The notes under the pieces: model-generated
Told to the model about the DNA's origin: nothing
What the model saw: the letters and a program-made list of their open reading frames with translations, nothing else
Databases searched by the model: none
Shown: one piece after another, positions 1 to 9,785 of the stretch
How the letters are laid out: each line of letters begins with the position of its first letter
How positions within the stretch are numbered: the stretch's first letter is position 1
Program-made: the position numbers and the translations under genes
Origin: an uncultured Gemmatimonadales bacterium
Lineage (GTDB): Bacteria > Gemmatimonadota > Gemmatimonadetes > Gemmatimonadales > GWC2-71-9
Assembly: GCA_963821525.1 (NCBI GenBank)
Contig: CAWGED010000005.1
Coordinates: 1,024,001-1,088,000 of the forward strand
Direction of reading: 5' to 3'
Length of the DNA stretch: 64,000 nt

Positions 1-445
1 CGGGCTCCATCGGGACGCCGATGCTCTTGGGCGCGCTGAAACGATCCACCTCCTGGCTCGCGCCAAGGAGGCGCTCGTAGGCGGGATAGATGAGCTGGCG
101 GCGCCCGAGGTTCACCATGCTGAGGTGGTGGATATTCTTGCGGCTCAGCTTCTGTCCGGTGGAATCGCGAAGTTCCACGTCGTAGGCGTGGAACCATCCC
201 TCGACGGGCCAGGTCACATAGACGGTCGGCGTCTCGTGCGCGGACATCTTGCTGTGATGCATCCCCGGTCCACCAGCAGGGATCGTGAACGGGCCCATGG
301 TAATGGTGACGACCCGTGCCTTGGTGTCAGTGGTAAGGGTGGCCTGAGCTTCGGTCGGTGCAGTTTGGGCGGCCAGGTGGCTCGATTGCCCGGCCCCGGA
401 CAGGCCGACGATGGTCAGGATCAGGATGGAGGTGCAGCGGGGCAT
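1..445 (-). CDS. Secreted hypothetical protein, partial (runs off window edge)
   Basis: Read manually, absent from the ORF track: MPRCTSILILTIVGLSGAGQSSHLAAQ...GMHHSKMSAHE...KNIHHLSMVN..., signal-peptide-like N-terminus, no stop before position 1. Confidence 0.75.
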   Translation of the reverse strand, partial: MPRCTSILILTIVGLSGAGQSSHLAAQTAPTEAQATLTTDTKARVVTITMGPFTIPAGGPGMHHSKMSAHETPTVYVTWPVEGWFHAYDVELRDSTGQKLSRKNIHHLSMVNLGRRQLIYPAYERLLGASQEVDRFSAPKSIGVPMEP

Positions 446-451
446 GTGAGC

Positions 452-479
452 AGTCTAGACCGTCGTAACTCTCTGTCAA
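452..479 (-). promoter_or_regulatory. Sigma70-type promoter for the leftward gene
   Basis: Minus strand TTGACA-16 nt-TAGACT, then 6 nt to the ATG at 445. Confidence 0.55.
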
Positions 480-507
480 GTAAGCAGTTTGGGTACTGTA
501 ATATAGT

Positions 508-534
508 CTGGCAGTCTCGCTTGACAACTGCTAA
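508..534 (+). promoter_or_regulatory. CIRCE-like HrcA operator overlapping the groES -35 box (TTGACA 521-526)
   Basis: CTGGCAGTC-N9-AACTGCTAA versus consensus TTAGCACTC-N9-GAGTGCTAA. Confidence 0.6.
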
Positions 535-560
535 CAGCTGACTAAGTTTCCTTCCAGTCG

Positions 561-587
561 TAAGCAGTCCGCCATGCCGAGTGCTAA
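561..587 (+). promoter_or_regulatory. CIRCE element (HrcA operator)
   Basis: TAAGCAGTC-CGCCATGCC-GAGTGCTAA upstream of groES; right half-site perfect. Confidence 0.85.
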
Positions 588-638
588 TTCATTGTGGCCT
601 CGCACCTTATCAGCACTTCAGACCCGCCGGAGGAAGTC

Positions 639-2621
<1,983 letters not shown>

Positions 2622-2629
2622 AACCGCTG

Positions 2630-2665
2630 AACTTACGGGGTCGCGCAGTTGCGACCCCGCAAGTT
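2630..2665 (+). terminator. Stem-loop after groEL
   Basis: AACTTACGGGGTCGC / GCGACCCCGCAAGTT inverted repeat just after the stop; no long U-tract. Confidence 0.6.
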
Positions 2666-2714
2666 CATTGCGGTTCTTGTACCCCGAGCACAGCGAGGGG
2701 TCTGGTCGTAGAAA

Positions 2715-2808
2715 GAGTAAGGAGTGAGGAGGGTGGTTGACTCCTCACTCCTTTTTCTTCCCGACTCCTGCTCACTCTTCACTCCTCACTCCTCACTCCT
2801 CACTCCTG
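2715..2808. repeat. Inverted heptamer tandem array (AGTGAGG)n...(CCTCACT)n
   Basis: GAGTAAGGAGTGAGGAG followed by repeated ACTCCTC units. Confidence 0.85.
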
Positions 2809-2850
2809 GTCCTTTCCTCTCGTCACTCTCCCTCTATCTTTCCCCCCACC

Positions 2851-3234
2851 ATGCGCCGAACCCTCCTCCTCGCCGCGGCACTCCTTCTCCCGGCTCCTCT
2901 CGCCGCGCAGGGGCCCTCGATCCTTGGCACCTGGCAGGCCGACCTCAAGGATGCCAAGCGCACCGATGCGCCCCGCATCGTCATCGTGCGATCCGATTCG
3001 AGCGCCAGCTACGGCACCGAAACCGTGCGGTGGCGGATTCAGCAGAAGGGTGACAGCGTTGGCCTCGCCCTGGGCGGCGAGTGGGTTATCTACGGATTCA
3101 AGGTCAAGGGAACCAAGCTGACACTTTCCGGCGGGGACCTTCAGAAGCCCATCACGCTGACCCGGGTGGGAGACCCCACTCCGCGGCCCGACTCGATTCC
3201 CGTTCCGCCCGACCCGGACACTGAACAGCAGTAA
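2851..3234 (+). CDS. Secreted hypothetical protein
   Basis: Signal peptide MRRTLLLAAALLLPAPLAAQ followed by ILGTW. Confidence 0.8.
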   Translation: MRRTLLLAAALLLPAPLAAQGPSILGTWQADLKDAKRTDAPRIVIVRSDSSASYGTETVRWRIQQKGDSVGLALGGEWVIYGFKVKGTKLTLSGGDLQKPITLTRVGDPTPRPDSIPVPPDPDTEQQ

Positions 3235-3320
3235 GAAGTGAGAAGTAAGAAGTGAGACAGGGAATCGCTCTGGTCGCTCCTCCCGCCTCACGTCTCACGT
3301 CTTACTTCTCACGCCTTACA
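3230..3320. repeat. Inverted heptamer array (AGTRAGA)x4...(TCTYACK-like)x5 between convergent genes
   Basis: AGTAAGA AGTGAGA AGTAAGA AGTGAGA ... CCTCACG TCTCACG TCTTACT TCTCACG CCTTACA. Confidence 0.85.
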
Positions 3321-4104
3321 GAAGCAGTCCCGTCCCCCGCAGCTCCAACGCCGGCAGAGCCTCGTGCTGCCTGGCCACGTGCAGGACGCAGCCGCGACGG
3401 CGGAGAACCGGTGCCACCGCGGCGCAGGCGTTCTCTCGCGTGTTGCACCGCTCGCTGAGATGCGCCAGCACTACCAGCTCCAATCCCTCATGCAGCACGT
3501 CTCCCAGCAACTCCGCAGCGGCCCGGTTGGAGAGATGGCCCCCGGACCCGGCGATCCTGGCCTGGACCGACGGCGGATAGCCGCTGGTGCGAAGCAGGAC
3601 GTCGTCGTAATTGGCTTCCAGAACGATCGCGTGCGCGTTGCGGAGGAGAAGCCGCACCGCGGTCGTGGGGCGGCCCAGATCGTAGGCGACCGCGACGCGG
3701 TATCCCGTCGCGGTCGTTATCGCGAGTGCTACGGGCTGCGCCGCGTCATGGCTGGTGGGGCACGCCTCGACCCGGAATCCCCGGTGCTCGATCGAGTGCA
3801 TCAAGCGGAGCGGGACGAAATCGACCTTCGGCATGCGCGGACGGAGCCGGTCCCAGGTCCCTATCGCTGCCAGCACGGGGATCTTGAGTTGACGTGCGAG
3901 TCGAGCGACTCCCGAGGTGTGATCTCCGTGCTCGTGGGTGATCGCGATGCCGACGAGGCGCGAGAGATCGAACCCTACCCGTTCCGCCCGCTGCGCGATC
4001 TCCCGCGCGCTGAAGCCGGCATCCACCAGCAATGCCTGCTCCTCGCATGCGATCGCGAAGGCGTTACCCGAGGAACCGGACCCCAGCACGTAAAGCGTCG
4101 TCAT
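3316..4104 (-). CDS. MBL-fold metallo-hydrolase (YycJ/WalJ/PhnP-like)
   Basis: LGSGSSGN, THEHGDH, SHDA, LEANYD, GHLSN, LAHLS motifs. Confidence 0.9.
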   Translation of the reverse strand: MTTLYVLGSGSSGNAFAIACEEQALLVDAGFSAREIAQRAERVGFDLSRLVGIAITHEHGDHTSGVARLARQLKIPVLAAIGTWDRLRPRMPKVDFVPLRLMHSIEHRGFRVEACPTSHDAAQPVALAITTATGYRVAVAYDLGRPTTAVRLLLRNAHAIVLEANYDDVLLRTSGYPPSVQARIAGSGGHLSNRAAAELLGDVLHEGLELVVLAHLSERCNTRENACAAVAPVLRRRGCVLHVARQHEALPALELRGTGLLL

Positions 4105-5273
4105 ATCCCACGGAGCTTTCGATAGGTCGCGGCGAGCGAAGCTCGACGCTCCGGTGTGAAGGCCACCTCTCTCCGAGGCATGACCCGCTCGGCCACCTTG
4201 AGAAATCCATCTTCGCTGAGCCGCTCGATACCGTGATTGCCCCAGGACATGGGAGGCACATAGCGCGGCGGCTGCGCCGGCCCGAAGAGATTCGCCCCTG
4301 CGCCGACAACGGTCCCCGTAGACAGCATGGTGCCGATCGCGGTCTTGGCGTGATCGCCGATGAGGCTGCCGAGGAACTGGCGGCCCGTGGTGAAGCGGCG
4401 TCCCTCGATTTCGAGACTCACGTCGCCGTAGGTGTTCTTCAGGTTGGAAGTCGTTGTGCCCGCCCCCAGATTGACCCAGCACCCGATGGCGCTATGACCG
4501 ATGAAGCCGTCGTGGCTCTTGTTAGAGTAGCCGAGGAACACGCTGGAGGAGATCTCTCCCTTCACGCTGCAGCGGGGGCCGAACACCGACGCCCGCAAAT
4601 GCCCACCCAGGATCCGGGTGTGATCGCCGGCGTAGAGGGGGCCTTCGAGCCTGGTACCGTTCCGCACCTCGACCTCCGGCTCCAGCACCACCGCTCCGGC
4701 TCGGGTATCAAATACCACCCCCGGTTCCACTCGCGCTCCGCGGCTCACGACCAGGTCGGCCTTTCCAATCACGATGCAGGCATCGGGAAGGGGATCGTGA
4801 TCCAGTGCCGCGAATCCGGCGCAGTCCGGCGCCAGCAATCGTTCCATTGCGGTGAGTAGATCGAAGGTGCCGCGTAGCACGATTCCTTCGATCGGCGTCG
4901 CCTGACCGTCCTCATTGGGGCCGGCCCAGCGCTCTCCCGAAGGGACCACCCATCCGACCGTGGTGTCACCAGCGGTGAGTCGTCGAGCGTCGGGACCAAT
5001 CTCGACCGGCGCTCCAGTCGGCGCGAACCACGAGGCGCCGACGATCGCCGGACCATCGATCGGATGCATCGCGCGGCAACGCGGCTCATTGCCTTCCCGG
5101 AAATGGGCGATGTTGCTGCCGAGAATTTCCGTTGTTGCGGAGTCTACGGCGGCCTCCCAACGCTCGCGCACCGACCAGATCCCCGCGCGGAGCTCCGAGA
5201 TTGGTCGCACCCCGGCGAACGGAGCCCACTCCGGTGCCGTATGTGGTTCGATCAGGTAGAGCGGAACCGTCAC
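4101..5273 (-). CDS. Putative sugar nucleotidyltransferase / GlmU-related hexapeptide-repeat protein
   Basis: RPISELRAG, NKSHDGFIGHS, WVNLGAGTTTSNLKNTYG. Confidence 0.85.
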   Translation of the reverse strand: MTVPLYLIEPHTAPEWAPFAGVRPISELRAGIWSVRERWEAAVDSATTEILGSNIAHFREGNEPRCRAMHPIDGPAIVGASWFAPTGAPVEIGPDARRLTAGDTTVGWVVPSGERWAGPNEDGQATPIEGIVLRGTFDLLTAMERLLAPDCAGFAALDHDPLPDACIVIGKADLVVSRGARVEPGVVFDTRAGAVVLEPEVEVRNGTRLEGPLYAGDHTRILGGHLRASVFGPRCSVKGEISSSVFLGYSNKSHDGFIGHSAIGCWVNLGAGTTTSNLKNTYGDVSLEIEGRRFTTGRQFLGSLIGDHAKTAIGTMLSTGTVVGAGANLFGPAQPPRYVPPMSWGNHGIERLSEDGFLKVAERVMPRREVAFTPERRASLAATYRKLRGI

Positions 5274-6298
5274 GGAAGATCCCGGATCTCTGGGGGAAGA
5301 GTGTCCAACGCCGCCTTGAGATCGGCTGCCTTCTTGCGACTCATCACCAGGATGCGGCCGTTAGCCCGGACTACGATCAGATCCCGCACGCCCGACAGCA
5401 CGATCGGCTCGCCATCGGACCACACGATCGTGTCCTCGACTTCGTGGAGGTGAACGGGGCCCTGAATGACATTGCCGCTCTTGTCGCGTGGCCGAACCCT
5501 CGCGAGTGCATCCCAGGTTCCTACGTCGTCCCAGGTAAAGTTGCCGGGGACCACGGCGACCATCGGGCTTCGCTCCAACAGGCCGATGTCGATCGACACT
5601 GGAGTCACGTCGCGGAAGAAAGCCTGGACGTCTCCCCGCTCGAGCGCCGCCAAGTGCGGCGCGATCTCCGGAGTGTGTTTCCGGATCTCGGCCAGGAGGA
5701 CGCTGGCGCTCCAGGCGAAGAGCCCGCTGTTCCACAACGCCCCGGCTGCCATCAAGTCGAGCGCGGTCGCGGCGTCGGGTTTTTCGCTGAAACGCTGGAC
5801 CGCCTTCCCGGTTTCATCGAGTGGCGATCCGGGGACGATATAGCCGAATCCGGTATCCGGTCGCGAAGGAACGATTCCCACCGTCACCAGTCGGCGATGT
5901 CGTGCCGCGGTGTCCAGTGCGGCGGCCGCGGTTCGACGGAAGGCCTCTTCTTCGCGGATCACCCAGTCGGCGTGGAGCGACAACACCTGAGCGTCCGGAT
6001 CCCGGCGCAGCGCCTCCGCGGAAGCCCAGACCAGGGCAGGTCCGGTGGAGGCAGCCCGTGGCTCGACCAGCACGTTGGCCGGATCGATGCCCAGCGCCTC
6101 GGTAAGTCTCGGCGCCAGACTCGCACCGGTCACCACCAAGAGGTGGTCTTTCGAGATCAGTCCCTCGAGCCGTGCCACTGTCTGCTCTGCCGTTGAGGAG
6201 GAACCGGCGAGCGGGAGCAGTTGCTTGGGAGAGGTCGGTGTGCTGAGAGGCCAGAAGCGGGTTCCTGAGCCTCCGGCAAGAATGACAGCCCATCTCAT
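5270..6298 (-). CDS. manC: Mannose-1-phosphate guanylyltransferase
   Basis: VILAGGSGTRFWPLS, PKQLL, TGFGYI, WNSGLF, WDDVGTW. Confidence 0.92.
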   Translation of the reverse strand: MRWAVILAGGSGTRFWPLSTPTSPKQLLPLAGSSSTAEQTVARLEGLISKDHLLVVTGASLAPRLTEALGIDPANVLVEPRAASTGPALVWASAEALRRDPDAQVLSLHADWVIREEEAFRRTAAAALDTAARHRRLVTVGIVPSRPDTGFGYIVPGSPLDETGKAVQRFSEKPDAATALDLMAAGALWNSGLFAWSASVLLAEIRKHTPEIAPHLAALERGDVQAFFRDVTPVSIDIGLLERSPMVAVVPGNFTWDDVGTWDALARVRPRDKSGNVIQGPVHLHEVEDTIVWSDGEPIVLSGVRDLIVVRANGRILVMSRKKAADLKAALDTLPPEIRDLP

Positions 6299-6317
6299 GT
6301 GGATTGCGGGCGGGAGT

Positions 6318-6671
6318 TCAGAGCAGTTGCGCGAGGGCCGGTCGGTGCCGGCGCAGATCGAAGAGCAGCTGGCCGGCGTTAGTCCCGGGGCTGGTGAGGA
6401 CGAACAACAGGTTGTCGCCGCCCACCGGGGCGACGATCGCCATGCGATCGCCGTACTCCAGGACGCCAGTGCTCAACGGCTCGCACTCGGCGGATTGCCC
6501 CAGGCGATGGGCCCCTTGGACGAACGACGCGGCGAGAGCGGCCACCGCGTCCGCATCGAAAGCTTTGCGTGAGGCGTGATCGATAGGGAGGCCGTCGGAG
6601 CTCAGGACCACCACGGCATCCACTCCATCACGGGCTGCCAGCCCCTGGACGACGTCTCGCAGCAAGGCCAT
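6318..6671 (-). CDS. Roadblock/LC7 (MglB-like) protein
   Basis: GVDAVVVLSSDGLPI, NAGQLLFDL; 117 aa. Confidence 0.85.
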   Translation of the reverse strand: MALLRDVVQGLAARDGVDAVVVLSSDGLPIDHASRKAFDADAVAALAASFVQGAHRLGQSAECEPLSTGVLEYGDRMAIVAPVGGDNLLFVLTSPGTNAGQLLFDLRRHRPALAQLL

Positions 6672-6709
6672 GAAAAGCCTCGAATTGGATGGGAGAAAAC
6701 GGCCTCGTC

Positions 6710-6781
6710 ATTCTAGGACCGGCCATCGCCGAAGTCAAGAAATGACTGCGGGTTGACCCGCTTTCACAGGGTCTCTAGCTT
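6710..6781. promoter_or_regulatory. Back-to-back sigma70-type promoters
   Basis: Minus TTGACT-17-TAGAAT (6738-6710); plus TTGACC-17-TAGCTT (6753-6781). Confidence 0.65.
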
Positions 6782-6788
6782 CCCCGCC

Positions 6789-7346
6789 ATGCTCGGTACC
6801 CGAACCACCGTCGCGCTCGCGGTTTTAATCGGAATCGCCGCCTGTGGCGACAGTAGCGGCATAGGCGATGCCACGATCCCCAACGTCATCGACACCTTCG
6901 TAGTGGCGTCGCTGGAAGGGGGGCCTCTCCAGGCGCCCGCCGCCTATTCGATCGCCGCGAATGGCCTGGTGCGGACCTACGAGACTACCGCGTTCGACTT
7001 CGCCTACACGACAGACCAGGGCAAGAATTATTTCCTCCCCCTGGCGGTGTTGGGACTCTCGCCGGGTGTGGCGCTCAAGCCGGGCCTCCTCCCGAGCGAC
7101 CTGGCGTTCGATGAGATCACCAAGGCGGCGCAAAACGACTATATCACCGAAGACACGGTTCAGGTGGATAGCGGCGACGTCTTCATGGTCCGCTCCAGCG
7201 ACATCTGTACCTCGCTCGGGGTTCCGCAGTATGCCAAACTGGAGATCCTCTCCATCGACCCCGCGGCCCATACCCTGACCTTTCAGGCGCTGGCTAACAA
7301 CAATTGCGGGTTCCGCGGGCTCAACGAGGGAATTCCGAAAGACTAG
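6789..7346 (+). CDS. Hypothetical lipoprotein
   Basis: Hydrophobic leader ending IAAC. Confidence 0.75.
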   Translation: MLGTRTTVALAVLIGIAACGDSSGIGDATIPNVIDTFVVASLEGGPLQAPAAYSIAANGLVRTYETTAFDFAYTTDQGKNYFLPLAVLGLSPGVALKPGLLPSDLAFDEITKAAQNDYITEDTVQVDSGDVFMVRSSDICTSLGVPQYAKLEILSIDPAAHTLTFQALANNNCGFRGLNEGIPKD

Positions 7347-7351
7347 TTCCG

Positions 7352-8635
7352 GTGATTGACATCCGGTTGCTTCGCCAGGACGCCGACGCGACTCGCGCGG
7401 CGCTCGCTCGGCGCTTGGATCGGACGCTCGACGCGGTGCTGGATGAGCTGCAGGGGCTCGACCAGCGCCGCCGCGAGCTCTTGACCCAGGTCGAGGCGCT
7501 CAAGGCTGCCCGCAACTCGGCAAGCGAGGAAGTCGCCCGGCGAAAGAAAGCGAAGCAGCCCGCCGACGATCTGCTGGAGCAGCTCAAGCGCTCGGGCGAA
7601 GAGGTGAAGCAGCTCGACCTTCAGGTCCGCGAGGTCGAGGCCGCACTGGATGCCCGCCTGCTCGGAATCCCCAATCTTCCGCTCCCCGAAGTTCCCGACG
7701 GCGATGCCTCGGGAAACACGGTGGTGCGCGCGTGGGGTTCCGTCCCTCAGTTCGATTTCACCCCGAAGCCGCATTGGGAGCTGGGTGCCGCTCTGGGTCT
7801 CTTCGACTTGCCGCGCGGTGCCAAGATCACCGGATCGGGATTCCCGGTCTACACCGGAATGGGCGCGAGGCTGGTGCGGGCGCTCAAGAACTTCATGCTG
7901 GACCTTCACACCCGGGATCACGGCTACCTCGAAGTCGCGACGCCTTACATCGTGAACCGCGCGACGATGACTGGAACCGGTCAGCTTCCCAAGTTCGAGG
8001 AAGAGCTCTACGTCATCGGCGCAGACGACCTCTTCCTGATTCCAACCGCGGAAGTACCGGTCACCAACCTCCATCGGGATGAGATTCTGGATGGGGCGTC
8101 ACTGCCGCTCAGTTATGTGGCGTACACCCCGTGTTTCCGTCGCGAGGCTGGAGCCCACGGCAAAGACACCCGGGGAATCATCCGGGTACATCAGTTCGAC
8201 AAGGTGGAGCTGGTCCGTTTCTGCCGGCCGGAGGATGGAGCGGACCAGCACGCGCTCCTGACCAGCCACGCTGAGAAGGTGCTTCAGCTTCTGGAGCTGC
8301 CTTACCGGGTGATGGCCCTCGCCGCCGGCGATACCGGATTTTCCAGCGCCTTCACGTATGATCTGGAGGCTTGGGCTGCGGGAGTCGGTGGCTGGCAGGA
8401 GGTTTCGAGCTCCAGCACCTTCACCGATTTCCAGGCCCGCCGGGCCAACATTCGGTTCCGCCCGGAACCAGGCGCCAAGCCCGAGTTCGTTCATACCCTG
8501 AACGCCTCGGGCCTCGCCTTCCCTCGCACGATGCTCGCCCTGCTGGAAAACAACCAGCAAGCCGATGGATCGGTGCGCATTCCGCAGGCGCTTGTCCCGT
8601 ACCTCGGCACGGACCGCCTGACGCCGCGTGGCTAG
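7352..8635 (+). CDS. serS: Seryl-tRNA synthetase
   Basis: GTGQLPKFEE, LIPTAEVP, FRREAG, RVHQFDKVE, VHTLNASGLA. Confidence 0.97.
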   Translation: MIDIRLLRQDADATRAALARRLDRTLDAVLDELQGLDQRRRELLTQVEALKAARNSASEEVARRKKAKQPADDLLEQLKRSGEEVKQLDLQVREVEAALDARLLGIPNLPLPEVPDGDASGNTVVRAWGSVPQFDFTPKPHWELGAALGLFDLPRGAKITGSGFPVYTGMGARLVRALKNFMLDLHTRDHGYLEVATPYIVNRATMTGTGQLPKFEEELYVIGADDLFLIPTAEVPVTNLHRDEILDGASLPLSYVAYTPCFRREAGAHGKDTRGIIRVHQFDKVELVRFCRPEDGADQHALLTSHAEKVLQLLELPYRVMALAAGDTGFSSAFTYDLEAWAAGVGGWQEVSSSSTFTDFQARRANIRFRPEPGAKPEFVHTLNASGLAFPRTMLALLENNQQADGSVRIPQALVPYLGTDRLTPRG

Positions 8636-9785
8636 CGCCCGGCTCCGCCAGCTGGCGCCGGCGCTGGTGGTCCTGCTGGTGGCGCTGCTCGCCGGCTTGA
8701 GCATCGGGTCCGCCTGGGTAGTGCTGCGCCACTTTCGTTCCGACGCTACCGCGATCAGCCGCCTTTACGCCGGAGTATTCGCCGGGCTCAACGATCCGCG
8801 CCCCGGTGCCGAAGCGGGCGCCTTGCTGCGCCTGGGAGAGCAGGTGAGGAAAGTTGGAATCCCGCTCGTGGTGACCGATTCGAACGGTCGGGTGACCGCG
8901 GCGGCCAATCTGCCGTTCGACGTGCCCCTCGATGATCCCCGCGTCCTCTCCTATGCCAGGCGGCTCGATCGGCAGAATCCCGCGATCGTGGATCCAAGCT
9001 TCGGCACGCTGCACTTCGGCCCGGTGCCGGCCCAGCGCCAGCTCACGGCACTCGTCGTGCTGCAGGGCCTGATCCTTCTTGGCATCGTGCTGGTGGGTGC
9101 GGTCGCGTATCGCAATGCGATGGCCTCGCAGCGGGACCGTCTCTGGGTCGGGATGGCGCGCGAAGCCGCGCACCAGATGGGCACACCGCTCATGAGCCTG
9201 GAGGGCTGGATCGAGCAGCTTCGCTCCCGGCCCACGCCTCCTCCCGGTCTGGCCGACTATCTCTCCTCCGATGCCGAGCGGCTGGAACGGGTGGCGCAGC
9301 GGTTCGAGCGGATTGGTCACGCGATTCACCCGGAGCCGATCGGCCTGGGCGCGCTGGCGGAGAAGGTCGCGGCATATTTCCGTCCCCGGCTTCCGCACCG
9401 TGCCAACCCGATCGAGCTGCGGGTCGCCGCCGCGGGGACTGGACCAGTGGTGAATGGCGACCCGATCCTGCTCGAGTGGGCGCTGGAATCGCTGGTCAAG
9501 AACAGCATCGACGCGATGAAGGGACGCTCAGGGTCGATTACGGTCGAGGTCGGTCAGGACGATCGTTCCGGCACCATTCGCGTTATCGACGATGGCCCAG
9601 GGATTTCAACCGACATCATGTCCACCCTGTTTGAACCAGGCATCACTACGAAGACCGGCGGCTGGGGCATCGGTCTCGCCTTGGCGCGCCGCGTCGTTGA
9701 AGACTCTCACGGCGGCGAATTGATCCTCGAGAATCCGCCGAATGGCGCCAGCTTTCTGATCCGTATACCGACCGATGAAGACTGA
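8628..9785 (+). CDS. Two-TM sensor histidine kinase
   Basis: H-box EAAHQMGTPL, N-box LVKNSIDA, DDGPG, GWGIGL. Confidence 0.92.
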   Translation: MASARLRQLAPALVVLLVALLAGLSIGSAWVVLRHFRSDATAISRLYAGVFAGLNDPRPGAEAGALLRLGEQVRKVGIPLVVTDSNGRVTAAANLPFDVPLDDPRVLSYARRLDRQNPAIVDPSFGTLHFGPVPAQRQLTALVVLQGLILLGIVLVGAVAYRNAMASQRDRLWVGMAREAAHQMGTPLMSLEGWIEQLRSRPTPPPGLADYLSSDAERLERVAQRFERIGHAIHPEPIGLGALAEKVAAYFRPRLPHRANPIELRVAAAGTGPVVNGDPILLEWALESLVKNSIDAMKGRSGSITVEVGQDDRSGTIRVIDDGPGISTDIMSTLFEPGITTKTGGWGIGLALARRVVEDSHGGELILENPPNGASFLIRIPTDED

